Position numbers and translations under genes: made by a program. A stretch of DNA of 64,000 bases from Basidiobolus meristosporus CBS 931.73 (lineage: Eukaryota; Fungi; Basidiobolomycota). The notes below the pieces were generated by a model that saw nothing but the letters and a program-made list of their open reading frames with translations, searched no databases and was not told the origin of the DNA. Below are positions 1 through 14,200 of this stretch, piece after piece. The first letter of the stretch is position 1. Each line of letters opens with the position of its first letter. Location of the stretch: the NCBI GenBank assembly GCA_002104905.1, contig MCFE01000465.1, forward strand, positions 6,354 through 70,353, read 5' to 3'.

Positions 1-1144
1 GCATATCACCGGGATTCCTCGTCCCCTTATTCTGAAAGTAGGGTTCGAAGTGTGATGTCTAAGTAGGTTTCACTTGCAGAAATTAGAATTTGGTCAAAAG
101 AGGGCAAGTTGGAATATACATGTGTTATCACGAGTAACCTATCGCCCAGAGCTCACACATCATTATTCAGTGTATTCTCTAATATTTCCTAATTTTGATG
201 CAGTGATTGAAAGCAGGGCGCTATCAAGAGCGTGATTGCAGATGTGTGTTACTGGCATGGTTTTGATCAATTCTTTGACAGGATCCTGCGTTTTAGGTTG
301 AAATAGGAATCAATTTCACCTTCATACTATTCGTTTCAGCTGGCCCGTTTGATGGAACCTCACTGGCCTTGGAAGCTGCCATTAAATTATATTAGTCAAT
401 ATTAATCAGGGATTTCTCTTGACCAGTTTTATGTCCTAGCATTATGTAAATTCAACTCGTCTTCGAAATTCAGAACACTACTCTTGGTAACAATGTTGGG
501 CTGACACTAATGTAATATTTACACCTCGCGTGCCTATCCGAGCCCCCTTTTTTGGAAGTCATGAATTCCACTACACACCCACCTCATTTGAATTTTTCTA
601 ATAAACGTGACGAAATCCCAGTGGCGATTGAGGAAACGATTCTTGATAAGCCTATAACAAGCCTTGGCTCAGCACTAGACCAGAAATTGAGAAGGATTCG
701 TGAGATTCCATCTGATTGGAGTACACTTTAAGGATCGAGTCAACACAATTTCATAATGCACATCTAGTTGTTGACATTGATCCTTTCGCTAATCTAAATG
801 ATAGTATTCCTACTCTAGCTACCTGTCAATTTCTTCTATATACTCTAGCATTTACATAATATTTGTCCTTTGAACTCAATATTAGTGTACTCCATCGGTC
901 TTATACCCTATGCGTACTACTAGGTTTATTCAAGCCGACTCTCCCGCTCCTATATTAGCAGAAGAAACTGGCGACACAGAGACTCATTTGACGCTCCTGA
1001 CTACTGCCAATCCGGAGTTTGACGGCCTCCCTACAAGGGAGACAAACAATCTTGATCTCCCTAGTATGTGATTCTTTTGTGCCACTTGGTTGCCTGTCGC
1101 AATAAAGTCTTACTAATCCCTCTTTACCTTTCTCGTGGAACTTA

Positions 1145-2185
1145 GTGTTAGCTAGCACCACAAGATCCAGCCACGCTGCCGTGAATCAGCCATTTTCCAA
1201 TCTTCGCAGTGGGGATCCCCCTTCTTTCTTTGACACACTACTGGATAACCAACTACAGCAACACTGGGTATCGTTGCTTGAGGTTAACGGGTCAACATCT
1301 GAGACTGGAACTCAGCGCTCTGGTGCATTCATCAACAGCGAAGAGGCTGAGCAGGTGTTTAGCTTGCCGGGGCGAAAGGATAGCGTTTTGGAACAAGATG
1401 ATGAATTTATACTGACACACCAGTATCGACCCGACACACACGAACCCGGAAACCAAATCTTTGACGAGCCTGACTCTACTCAACCCGATTCCTACTCACA
1501 AAGTGACCTGGTCCTCGCACTTCCGGATGAGCTTTTATTGAATATCTTTCAGTATCTTCTATCTTTTCAGAGCTGTTTACTGGCCTGTACGGAGATAAGC
1601 CGTCAATGGAACCGCTGTGTCACACCATTCCTGTATCACTCACCCACGTTCAAGTCTACGTTTCATTGGGCCATGTTTCTACAAACCTTGCTGCGCCCAA
1701 AAAGACTGCACGTCCATGAGTCGTTTGTTCGAAGAATCGACCTCTCGCCAGGCGCGGCACTGGCTGACATATGCGTCTCGGCCTCGTCTATCATCCAACT
1801 TTCCGAACAGTGCCCGAAACTCCAATATCTCAACCTCTCTGGATGCTCTATTGTTCGTGATGTATTTTATCCTGAAATCAATGAGTATCAATCCATGATG
1901 CAACACATTCCTCAGCCCGGGTTGGCTTGTGTGCCTATTTCCGCGCGAGAGGCCATAGAGTCTTTGGGTAAGTGTTGTCCTCAACTACAGTCAGTGAATC
2001 TATCCGGATGCGATTGGGTCTGTGTGGACAACGTCCTACTGCTGACCAAACTCTGCAAAAACCTTGAAGTCCTTGATCTAAGAAAATGCTTGAAGATCCA
2101 CTGGGATAGCATTTCTGCAGTGCAGGTAGTTTTAGGACTCAACAGTAGGCTCAACATCCTCTGGGAAGCCATACGAATCGTTTAA
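1145..2185 (+). CDS. F-box/leucine-rich-repeat protein (AMN1/FBXL-like); main 3' exon, with short 5' exon(s) probably upstream (about 958-1064)
   Basis: F-box motif LALPDELLLNIFQYL..C..ISRQWNRCVTPFLY, followed by Cys-containing LRRs (CPKLQYLNLSGC, CPQLQSVNLSGC, CKNLEVLDLRKC). The ORF start GTG follows a branch point (tactaat) and a cttag acceptor, so it is probably an exon start. Confidence 0.85.
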   Translation: MLASTTRSSHAAVNQPFSNLRSGDPPSFFDTLLDNQLQQHWVSLLEVNGSTSETGTQRSGAFINSEEAEQVFSLPGRKDSVLEQDDEFILTHQYRPDTHEPGNQIFDEPDSTQPDSYSQSDLVLALPDELLLNIFQYLLSFQSCLLACTEISRQWNRCVTPFLYHSPTFKSTFHWAMFLQTLLRPKRLHVHESFVRRIDLSPGAALADICVSASSIIQLSEQCPKLQYLNLSGCSIVRDVFYPEINEYQSMMQHIPQPGLACVPISAREAIESLGKCCPQLQSVNLSGCDWVCVDNVLLLTKLCKNLEVLDLRKCLKIHWDSISAVQVVLGLNSRLNILWEAIRIV

Positions 2186-2883
2186 TGGAGGAGCCATGAT
2201 GACGCGAACAATCATTTCCATAGCACAGTCCATTTACTTACTCTTGCATAGTCTCCCTTCAACCGCGGCTTCGTATCTTTTGGCCAATCGCGAAAAGATC
2301 GCAAGAGTCATTTTGCTCGGTTCATGGAGTCTATGTATGCTAAGGCTTTAGGCCTTTACCCTTTCTTAACCCACAGCTATCTATTTCTGTCTATTCACTA
2401 TTAAGGAGTAATCACTACCATCATTTGCATCGCCCCGCGTTACTCTCACTAAATGTAAATAACAAACTATCGATCAAATGTGTACCAGCTTATATTTATC
2501 TACTGATGACCCCAAGCAACTCATGTGTGGTTTGTATTGACCTGAGAATCAGCTCAGTTGCATGGTCTCGTCAACGTAATTATTTCAATAAATCAACCCC
2601 GCCGACGTTTGGACGGTTGAGCAGCGCTCTCAGCACATCAAGCACAGCTCTAACTTCGCCCGATAAACACTTGCCCTAGTGGCCGTTGATGGGATGAAGT
2701 CAGTCCAAACAAATCACGTCTAGTTGACAGTTAAGACCTAAGATTGATCCAATTATGTCGGGTTTTATTGCACATGACTTCCCTACAATTTCATCATAAC
2801 TGTTATTTATTATTTACAGAATTCCTCAAAATATCTATAGTCTTGTTGATCGTTCACATTTTCAACTTGGTTATCATTCCACC

Positions 2884-5867
2884 ATGATGGTAACCTGCAA
2901 GAAACGCAAGGATCTGGCTGAATCCAGAGTGCCAAACAAACAATCCTTCGAGATAGCCGTCCCAGATATGTAAGTTATACTTGTTTGGGACTCTGAGCAG
3001 TCCAAACCAAAGGTATACTTATGAATACACTCTAGTGATGATGTCAAACGTAGGAAATTCTCTATAGACCCACACAAAGGCTCTAAAATGCCTGATTCTG
3101 GAACCCACGAGAAACCAGAGGCTTCTGATAATGAACCGATCAAAGCCAAGAGGACTAATGTTGAGCTGAAGATAGCCAAGCCTTTAAGAAAGCCTATCTT
3201 GGAGTTCATTCAATTTAGTAAGTGTGGGATTCTCGGGGTTTACTCTCTTACGCTCATAAATTGCTTCTGTCAATACCTGTAAATTAGCAATAATGCTTAC
3301 CTGTCAACCGTTAGAAACCTGCTCACTCGAAACGCTGATTGAGCATACATATGAGGAATTCTTGAATCAATACTTCCCTGAAGAAATACTCACTATACAA
3401 ACAGCCGATGCAATGTGTGTGATTTCGTTGGCTTACGTTAATATCGTTGTGAGGAGTATCCAGATATTAACGAGTTTACTCGATATGATACTAGTCGGAA
3501 AGGAAAGGTAATCGAGCGTGTTGCACCCACCGAGGTCAAAGGCAACACGGAAGAAGACGAAACTCCTTTAGAACCTAAAGCCAACTACCTTGTAGCCTTA
3601 TTGCGTGGCACTGAGGAAGACACCAAGATTTTAGTCAAAGCTGATGATATGAGGTAACGCTTGGAGTGGGAATCAAGCTTAATGACTACTAATCTATTAT
3701 CTATTGGTAGTCGCTCAAGACTTAGCTACTCGAAAATTGCCATTCGACAACTCATAAGCAATACAGCAAGCCGTCGTCGGGACCTGAAGGATTTCCCTTG
3801 GGTGGTGCAGGTGGGCGAAGTGATACAATTCATCCAACAACTTCAATTCAACTTACTCTTTAAAAGCCCAAGTATTGCCGGCGATATCACGTTTCCCTAC
3901 GGATTCCCAATGAGCTTAAGCCTACTAAGAACCCGGCCCCACAGGTTAGCACCATTCATCGTAGAATATCGCGGAGCATCGTCCTAACCACAGTTTCTTG
4001 AAGTCAAAATCTGACAAAAAACCAGCTGTTCGACCTGTCATCGAGCCGCCGGCAGTCAAGTATCCCATCGAGGACTTGGAGTTACCCACCTCCTCGATAC
4101 TCACATCACCACCTGAATTGACTAGCGATTTTCCAGTCGCCAATGATTTGATGGGAGATGTACTAATGATCTGGTCGTTTCTTGATACTTTTGGGTAAGT
4201 ATCGCCCTCACATTTTTTCCAACATAGGTTCACTTTAATCACCACGCTTTCCAGAAAGCCAATTTGTATCTCGCCATTTTCGCTGGAGGATTTTATGGAT
4301 GCTCTTCACCATCAAACTGGAGATGCTCCATGTTCTTTGATAACTGAATGCTATGTGGCACTACTTAACGTTGTCATCGCCTCCAAAATGGATAACATCA
4401 ACGAAAACGATAGTGAAGAGAATGCAGAGTCGAGCGATACAACCAACGAGATGGTCGATTGGGTGCTTGAAAAGAAAGGCAAAAGCTGGGATTCTAGCTT
4501 GATACCCTTCAGTAGAAATCACTGGGGGTTGCATTTGCTGTGCTTCATCCAATGCAATAGGAAGACGATTCAATATTCGAGCGATATCTTGGCCCAGATA
4601 AAACCAAGTGGGACCGATGATGAACTGGACGTGAATCAGCAGCTCAACGTGCTGGACATCAAGTACAAGGTAGCCATCTTGAACTGTCTTTTGGAGCATG
4701 TGCTAGACGCCGAGGCTATTCGGTAAGTGCACGGATGCATCACACACTACATATTATCTTGTACTAATTGGGCTCATCCGGATATAGCCAATATATTCAG
4801 GAATGTTTGGAAGCCTACTCTGAGACAAGGAAAGAACTATACGAGACCAAGAGAGAATTCAATCAAGTGTAAGTGGGCGGTTTTTACCCTGCTCTGACTT
4901 CTCTGCTAAGCCCCTTTCGCATGCAGTCGTGCAAGTATCATGGAATATGAAAAAGCAGACAAACTATCCGAGCTTCTGGGTGATACGGAGGAGGGTAAAA
5001 TCGATGAGTAAGTACGAGAATGCATCACTTCTCAAACGACCTATCATTTATTTATCTCTCGGCTTATGTTGTGCACTCCAAGCAGCGAGTCTTCAAAGTC
5101 TAGGTCTAGATTGAGAGAAGAAGCACGTGTAAAGGAACAAGAAGCCAAAGCCCGAGTTGAGGAGAGAAGACGGCTGGGCGAGCTAGAGATGAGATTAGAC
5201 CGGAAGGTAAGCAGAATCCATTCAATATAGAGATCAACGTGTGTATCGAGTGTTGCGCTCATAGTGGCTTCGTTCTATATGCAGCTGAACAAATTAAGCT
5301 TGGAGATGGACAAATATCTGGTTCTCAGGCATGAAGCCCTCGGCTATGATAGATTCTTCAATGGATATCATTTATTTGGACGCGTATCACACAACGGTGG
5401 CTGGATTTCCGATGGAAAAATATATGTTTGTTCTGGTACCGCATCGCAGCTGGATTATGCAAAAACGAGAGTCGGTCATCATGCATTCCTTTCCTCACTT
5501 GAACCAAATCGTTGGTATTGCATTGCAGAAGACAAAGTTAGTGCAACAAGAGGAATCCGTTCACCCAGAACATCTACTCATCTCCCTCAACTCATTAGAT
5601 AGAAGAAGTAGTGAATTGGTTGAACCCTAAAGGGTGCCGAGAGCTAGAGCTGAAACAATCGCTAGAGAAAAACCTAGAGAAGGTGATGGGCAGTGCAAAG
5701 AAAAGGGTGAATGTAAGTGTTTGACCTCATCTCAACCAGACCGAGCTCCTAGACTTATCATAACTTCACCTTAGGATCAAAGAAGCATCCAGGGCAAACG
5801 ACACACGTACAATACCAGACCAGTCGAAAAGCCCTATTTACGCTACGTAAATACCTGGGTTCGTTGA
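2884..5867 (+). CDS. DDT/WHIM/WSD-domain ISWI chromatin-remodelling accessory subunit (Itc1/BAZ1-like), multi-exon
   Basis: Exons give PLRKPILEFIQFS..YEEFLNQYFPEE, RSRLSYSKIAIRQLI..PWVV, KYPIEDL, DDT (GDVLMIWSFLDTFG-KPICISPFSLEDFMDAL), WHIM1 (LDIKYKVAILNCLLEHVL) and WSD (RHEALGYDRFFNGY), ending YLRYVNTWVR*. GT-AG introns separate the exons. Confidence 0.8.
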
Positions 5868-6239
5868 ATCCACTTTGCCGTATGTGTGGTAAATCCCGGA
5901 GAAGCCGGGATACCTCGAAGCAATATATAGATACTGAGGAGATTCAGTAGTGTTCTACAAACATATGTCGCGTAACAAATAAATGGAAAACATGAGATTG
6001 CGCCACACGCTTTTCAGACATCCGCCATTAAGCAATGATTTATAGAAGAAACCGTACAAGGTCGAAAGGTACATATAATCCATCGACTGATTAAGATCAA
6101 GCTAGGAGGTGATTTCAGGCATTCGATTGAAGAGGATACAGACAATCGTGGTATATAATACAACAATTACCAGCGATTAAATACACGGAAGTATAAAGGA
6201 TATAATAGGAATGCAGTCGAATAGAATGGAGAACGTCTT

Positions 6240-7756
6240 CTAATTTTCTGCGTCGCTATCTTCTCTACGGGGTTGCCAGAGACCGAAGCTACGTCCAGGG
6301 ATTGTCTGGGTGCAGGGAGATGGTTAAGAATTTGGTAGGCTGCAGTATATATACGATGAGAAAATAGATCCTACCAGCCAGAGTCTGATGGTTCCATCTT
6401 CGGAACCGGTAGCATAGATTTCCCCGTCAGGGCTGTAGCTAACGGTGTGGACAGGGCCATGATGGCCCTTGTAAACCTCTAGCACCGACCGAAACTTAGT
6501 CACTCAGGAATACTGCCAGTTGTCAGCTGATCACTTACCAAGCTCTTTGCCAGTTTCATAATCATATATGCGAACCCAAAGGTCAGAAGTCCCGCCTACC
6601 ACAAATCGGGAATGGTCTGGATGAAGAGACACAGAGGAGACCTCATACTCCATGTCGAAGGATTTCTTTAACTCGTAACTGGCAATTCAAGTTTGGTTAG
6701 CGTGCCTCCTGCCATTTCCGCCTGCATACTTATCTAACCTTTTGACATCCCAGAACTGAATAGTCTTTCCAAAGGTAATCGCGATGCTCTGCCCATCGAT
6801 AGTAAGCCCAAGGCTGGTCGGAGGCTGCTCCGTGCTGATCTCTTTGATAACACTCAAACTACTCGTGTCCCATACTCTTTTCGAAGAACACCGATATTAG
6901 TTGACGCAACAAACCGTTATTAGTCCTACCCACTACTTACTTCACAGTTTTGTCGTCACTAGCGCTGATAATCACCTCGTTCAAATGATCCCAAAGGACC
7001 GCTTTGATGGTGGCCGTATGACCTTCAAGAATAACTGGCTCTTCGGTTGGCTGCTTTAAGTCAAATATACGAAGTTTCTTTTCGTGGCCGCCTGTGACAA
7101 TTTTGGAGCCGTCTGCTGAAAAATCCACACAGCGAACGATATGACCATGGGTGAATGAGTGCAAAATTTCTCCGCTGTAGGTATCCCATACTTTACTGCA
7201 CTCCCACGAAAACAGGTTGGGAAAGAGTCGAGATAAAGGTGAGACAGAATAGAAGAAGGAGTTTAGAAATGGACCTTTGCCACTTAGCGCCTGATAAAAA
7301 CTCACTTACGCAGTAAAGTCTGCCGAGCCAGTAACTGCCTTCGCGGCGTCTTTACTTAAACGAGCACCCCACACTGCACCTTTGTGGCCTAGGAAGGTAC
7401 CAATCCAATCTCCAGTTTTACCATCACGGAGTATCGGGTTGCCATCTATAAAGAATCGAAACAATGGGTAAGAAAGATGATCAACAAGACACGCAAGAAT
7501 AGAGGCAACTGGGGGAGTTAAAAAACTGTTGTAGACCTGGATTCCTTTAACAAGGGGGATGTTGCGCAGGAATCTTACTCAGCCAACTTTGATTTGGACA
7601 GCTAAAAAGAGGGGACGCATCACCTTTGCAAGCCGAGATCAAATAGTAGCTCCCGTCAGCAGTAACCGAGGAATATTGCAGATCGACCACCGGTCTGGTA
7701 TGCCCAGAGCAGGTAAGAGGGATTTGGCGAGCTGCGTTCACAGAAGTTTGAGCCAT
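6240..7756 (-). CDS. STRAP: WD40 serine-threonine kinase receptor-associated protein (STRAP/UNRIP), multi-exon
   Basis: N-terminus [37 protein letters not shown]; GHKGAVW; [24 protein letters not shown]; C-terminus [15 protein letters not shown] with the stop at 6240-6242. Confidence 0.9.
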
Positions 7757-8588
7757 ATTGGTGCGAGCTGTTGAGAGAAAAAGAGCACTAAGAAGCACAT
7801 CTGCACTGGGCCACTTTCTTTTAACAAACCTCCTTGAGTTCCCTAGATTATTGATGGTTATTTTGGTGCGACCACTTGATTTTTCTGATGTGTAGGTGCG
7901 ATATGAAAATGCGTCACCAGGCTGATCCATATTAGGCTAATGGTAACGGGAGCATACTTGGTTTCAAGAAAATATTCTACCTCAATGACACCTGAGCAAT
8001 GCCATTATCAGCAGATTGTGATCATGGCAAGTTGAAGCATTTCCTTTTTGATTGGATTCATGGGGCAGACTTGAGTGCCTATATACCCCTCAACTCCTTT
8101 ATTAAGTGTTTTCAGGCTGGTGCGACGGGCCAAGATGCAATGATTGCGAGCAACAACAAAACCCGATCTCGCACTTGGATGCCAAACCCCTCCAACAAAC
8201 GAAGATCCCTGAACAAGCCACATGTATGTCACCACCGGGGAGGACCTCCCGGCGCCTGTATTATATTCTAATTAAACTTTTCGGGAGGGTGGAAACAAAG
8301 AAGCACGAAAGTAGAAGAGAGAAGGGAAAAAAAACCAAAGTAGATGAATCGTAGGAAATACTGAAGCCGCCCCTAATGTTAGGAAGCTGAATAGCAAGAG
8401 CTCGATTGATTTTCGACGGTAGAATAGCAGAAATGAAATTTAGTTTGGATAACGCTACCCAATAGACATGTAAAGATGAGAGGAGTAAGGGTGGGTGGTG
8501 GATTAAGGTTTGTCAGAGTAATTTGTGTAGGGAGGCGACGAACATGTTGCTTTCCCGATGTAAATGAACAGTGCGAGGAAATTACAGT

Positions 8589-9520
8589 TTAAGAGACATC
8601 CATATCTCCACCATTCAAACGCTTCTGTTGCTCTTCCCTGATGCAATCTTGGAATCTATGCTGCTTGCTGATTTCATGGATCTTGAACCCGAAGATACGA
8701 GGGACGTACCGTTCTGTGGACTTTGGAGGCACTAGATGTGGGTAAACTTGGAAAAGCATGTGTGGGAAAGAGGAGCCGAAATAAGCACCATCGATACGTA
8801 TATCATTAGATAGGCGGGGTTAAGGACAATGTCTCGAGATGATTGGAGAGGTGCTGGCTTATCAACAGAACAAAAGGATATTTGCATGTCTCGAAGACTT
8901 GGGGTTGTATATGTCCTCGCATCTGCAGCAGTAGAGCTTCACCGATCTAGTAAAAGCAACATCGGAGAGTCCAACCGGCAGCAGTGGGTGATTGTAGCAT
9001 AAGACGCGTGGGCATCTACCAAACTCGGCCTTCTTATATTTCTCTACCTGCGTGTACATGTTAGATATCAATTTGGGATAGCGGTGAGCCAAGATCGAGC
9101 TGCACGGCTCAATGCTACAAGTAGTCTCTAAAAAGATATAGCTAACCATCTTCGCGAGGCCTCGGTTGGTAAGGACGTATCTAGCATGGATGAGGCCGTA
9201 GAGATGACGAGCCGATTTCTCCACCGCCTGTCTCATCTCGTCATCAAACTCTTCATCTAATCACGGTTTCAACGGAATAAGGACCGAGGTGCGAAAGTGA
9301 ACACATATAGAAAAGGTACCGTACCTAACGAATCGGTAATGAGGTCAAGCGCTTGTACATAGTGCTGAACCTCCGTGTTCAGACCAGTCAGATTGAATCT
9401 GTCCAAAATGTACTCCTCATCAACTTCACAAAAGTATTCATTCCCTTTCGTACTCAAGAACCAATCGATCCAATACTTCATGTAGTCACTATCCGAGTTG
9501 CTGCTGCTCATATCATCCAC
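8589..9520 (-). CDS. CKB1: Casein kinase II regulatory (beta) subunit, multi-exon; first exon lies upstream of 9520
   Basis: [31 protein letters not shown]; [15 protein letters not shown]; [17 protein letters not shown]; [19 protein letters not shown]; [11 protein letters not shown]; stop at 8589-8591. Confidence 0.95.
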
Positions 9521-11278
9521 TGTGTTGGGTAGAAACAGATTAAAATACAGACGAATGGTGCAGTGTAAAAATGGATGCTAAAGATGTAGGTTGCAGTTGG
9601 AGCGAAAGGGAAAGAGCATGTATGGACTAGCGAAGTTTGCGTGATGCTGCTAGAGAAAGTTCACAGAGAATATGTGGACGGTAAGGGGTAGGGTAGCCTC
9701 TGAGGAATGTTACTTACTGTTGTTCGAATCTTCTGATTGAAATAGAGCCACTATGACTGTAGGAGTGGAAGTGGGTAGCTGAGTATGAGGGGCAGATGAG
9801 ACAAAATTCGGGTCAACGACAATATTCTCTGTTTTCTCCTAGGCAAAGAAATTACTCGGAGGAGGCCATGAAATGCCAAATCCATGGAAAATTATCAGGC
9901 GGATAATTACCTGTATTCCAAAAATAAGGTAAAAAAAGGGATCACCACATGCGTATAATTGGATTTTTTTCCATCGATGTTTTGCTGCGTAAACAGCTAA
10001 TGGTAGTGTGTAATTCATTCCACATATCAAATGGTACGTGCATCTAGCCCAATAGGATCTCATCATGACCAATATGTATATTTCTCATCCAGAGCATATA
10101 CCGCCTAGACCAAAAACACGAAATAAATACAATTGGAGTGATTTGATCCCAGTCTATATAGAAGCTTCTATGACGACTCTTGCTTAGAGGTTGCGTAGAA
10201 GAGATGAGGTTTTGGTCAAAGTCCAGCCTGACATGACAGATCGGTGGCTGATGTTGTCCATCGCATGCCGGAGATGGGAGGCTGGTGAACATTCAAGCAC
10301 TTGCAAAGTATGTGTGTTTGCGTTGCTCTGACTGCTGAGTATATCATACATTACAGATCAACACATATATGTGAGTAATCCGATCAAAATCCATGGAGCC
10401 TGCGAACATGCCAATATCCTATTTAAATAAAGCCAGTCATAAGTGTATTCACCTATCAAGAGTGAGTCATGAAAGTCACAGCATAATCGGAGTTGCAGCC
10501 GAGGCGGTCATTGGCATTGTGCTGTGAGTGATTGTTCAAGGGAATGGCACTCCTTCAGTCGATCATTTGCAGCACGTCGAGCACTCCAGTTTGCAGGGTA
10601 CGCAGTTAGCTAAAGCGGGATTTCTGTTGGCTCCCGAGGCATAACGAAAGGCTACCTTGCAAGTATAGATTAATATGGGCGCAGGTCCAGGCGCCTAGCA
10701 GTACAAATACCTGGTCATATGGTAGGGCGGCAAGGGATGTAAATCCTTTATTGATAGCTATATCGTGGAAACAGGTTGGGGCTACTATTTATAGGGGCAC
10801 ATTCTATTCACCAGGATACGAGGACTTGTCCTTTACCATGGTCGATGTGATAGCGTAGACGAAATGTAGAACGGTTTCAAGTTGTCGAATGCATCAACTG
10901 AAGTGCTATGTCGTAGGATCAGGGGTTTCCGGTACGAAGGATATATATATGATGACCGGTTCCCGTGGGAAAGCTGATAACCCAACAACACAATTTGTCC
11001 GTGGCTATTTCCAATTCAATAAACACCAGAGGAATATTTTGATGCAAATGTGAACCTGGATACAGCAGAAATGAATTAAGCAGTAGAGGCATTGCGTACT
11101 CCTAATTGGGCCGGGTTTACGAATGGCTGCCACATGCTTTCAAGTGCTTGTTGTAAGAAAAAGGAACGTAAAGATAGATTTATAGTTCAAAGGGCATAAA
11201 TATGATAAAACGAAAAGATTGGTAGTCAAATCTAATATAATATATGCTACGCTTGTATCCTATTTTTGGTGGGGTCCA

Positions 11279-14200
11279 TCATTGAAGTGCATAGGCTAGT
11301 CGCTTCATGGTCACAAACGCCTGTGCTGTAAATCCAAGTCCAATCTTAACAAATCCAAGAATGAGATCTGCTTCGTTGACCGAGAGTTTGTCATAGACGT
11401 CTTTGTCCAACTTCCATAGAACACTGTCGATTTCAGCAACCAAAGTATCCCGACGCAACTGGTTTGTAAACACACTCATTTCTCCAATCATAACGCCTGG
11501 AATAACTGTCTCGATCACTTTGCTGTGTTGATTCATTTCAACAGAAAAGTGCAGAAGCCCTTGTTCAACCAGATAGAGTGCATCGGGTTCATCGTCTTGA
11601 TCCCATAGAACTGTACCCGCTCTCACCTCAAGTCTCTGAAAATGCGCACTGATGCGACGGAGGATATCTTCATAATTTTCAAATGAAGTTTCTTGGAAAA
11701 TTTGAAGCAGAAGTGCCAAAGGCTGATTAACTTGCCCTAAGGACTTACGAGTGGTAGGCTCATCATCAAGAGCAGCACGGGCAGCATCCTTCAGAAGACG
11801 TTGGCGTGGTGAGGCAGGTGCGAACGAGATCTCGGACCGGGTATCATGCCTAGAGTCGGGAATATCAATGGTGTTTGGTGATGCAAGTAGAGCGGCGCGG
11901 ATGAGGTAGTCAGCCTGGAGCAGGACGTTTTCACACCATTCCAGCGCGGCATTTAAGTCGAGGAAGTTTTGAACGTGAGCGTCATCAAATCCTCCCCAAA
12001 TCTGAAACGCGCGGAGGGCAACTCCGATATCTGAATCAGCACTGACACCAGATACAACCATATAGACGTCATTGCTCTTTAGTAGTCGCTTTACGCGGAC
12101 GAAAGCTTCAGCTGCACTAAAGTCAAGCCCTTGAACCAACTGGAAATCCAAAACTAAGAAGCGGATGGGATTCATCACCCATTGTCTGGCATCAAGGATC
12201 TCTCGGATATTGTTCTCTACTCCGTTGATTGACCCGAAGAACATAAACCCTTGCAAACGCAACACTTGGATCATGGAGCCGACCTCGTTCAAGAAGCGTT
12301 GCTGTAGGCGTGGTCTTCGTACAGTACTCTTCGCCGTTAGACCAGTTAAAGAAGCCCTGATTGCTCTGCGAGTGCTGCATAGATACACAAAGAAGATACA
12401 TGCCAAGACAACTCCGAAGAACATTCCCTCAATGAACCCAAAGATTGCCATGGAGATGACAATGGTCAGGATGGTGGTGTATTCCAAGATGTCCACATGG
12501 CCTATAGGATCCCATATCCCTTCTTTCATTAGCTCCATGCCTATGTGGAAAATCAATCCACCCACCACCATGGTTGGTATGTAGCCAACCATGGTGGGTC
12601 CTATTAGAAAGATAATGGTCGTTCCAAGAGCCAACATTAACCCAGCCACTCTGGAGTCACCGCCACACTTGATGAAGAGCGTGCTGGTAGAATACATGAG
12701 ATAGTCTGGAATACGCAACCATTTAGGAATAAGCCACATAACGTAGATTGTGGGGGAGGTACTTACTTTGGAACGAGCCTAAGAAGCCTGATCCAAGATT
12801 GGAGTAACCATGGGCCACTAATTCTTTGTTAACATCCACATTATCCTGATTATTGGTTACAGCCAAGGCAGGAACATTGATAGGCACATGTAGGATACCT
12901 GTTTAGAGTAGATCCAACAGTGGTTAGATGATTGTGGTACACATTGTAGAGCGCCATTGGAAAACCATGAACAATGACCATACCAAAGAAGGTTAGAGCC
13001 GAAATAACCGGGATCAGTGAGGGCAAGGTTGACCATTTTGTTTGAGAAAAGTCTGGTGTAGAGATCAATCAATCTCGCTTAGTTCATGGCCAAGCTGTTT
13101 GTGTTAAATATGGGTTATTACCGAAATGAGTCCAATAGTCGTAGAAGGGCTTTGATTCTGGTAACGGGAAGACCCAACCGGAGGTACGGAGTTCCTCCAT
13201 TGTCCACCCGCCGAAGAAAACAACGCTGTAGAAGAGGACGGGAATTGAGAGGAAGAAACACGGAACAAACATTGGGTGCTTGATCTTTTTCTGCAGCATC
13301 CGCATCAGCAACGCGGCACCAAGACTACTCGCCCACAAGGCCAAAACTGAAGGCTCGAGGTATTTCTTGAGGATATCGGGTGCAAAGGAAAATGAAGGGG
13401 TTCTGGAAGAGACCTCTATAGCAGTCTGGAACAAAAACCATCCAACTCCGCCTATTTGACAAAATGGATGTTAGAGCACACCGTTCTTAAAAATCAGACT
13501 CAAAGCATATTACCAATGCAGCCAACGAGGATATGACGTGGGAAAAATCCCACCAGTGAGCCAAGCTTGAAGACACCCAAAAGCATAAATGTTAACCCAG
13601 TAAAAATCGTGGCTGCTGCATAGCCGACCATAACCGTAGCAACAACAGCCTTAGGGTTTTCTTCTCCCACATCACGGATGACAATGTCGCAGCTAGAATC
13701 TCCTGTTAGCAACCAAGGCCTAAACCCCAGGATCGTCAGTACTTACATGGTATACAGAAATGGGATTACTAATATTCAGTAACAATCGTTAGATGCTCAT
13801 CGCGTTGCTTGGTTAAGTTCAAGATGTGCAGTACCTTCCAACATCATACCAGCATTAGCTCCCTTGAATGCGCTACCTCCAGCCGAGAATACGATTTGTC
13901 CTACGATACAACTTACAAGATACATGGATATACCATCCGGGCCGAAGCTAGCGAAGATGGGGTGGGCAGTTGGAAAACAGATGAACCCGTATGATACTGC
14001 GTTCAACAGATTCAGTATAACCCCAAGTGCCACTGCTGGCAAAAATTGGGCAGAATACTTGAGAAACTCTACTGGGTCCCTAGGTATCTCCTGAGGGCTC
14101 TCTATTGGAGCCTCTTTTGCATAATGGGCAGAATAGATGGATCTGGCAATACTCCTGCGTCTAGACCACTTTGCGGAAGCTGAATCGTCGACAGTATCGT

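Noticed and set aside
9715-9735. GTTCGAATC (tRNA T-loop-like)
   Set aside because: No cloverleaf or A-box context; it lies in the CK2-beta 5' region.
12165-12584. Antisense and alternate-frame ORFs overlapping real genes (also 26272-26876, 36515-36889, 42498-42797 and others)
   Set aside because: Shadow ORFs produced by codon bias of the opposite-strand genes.
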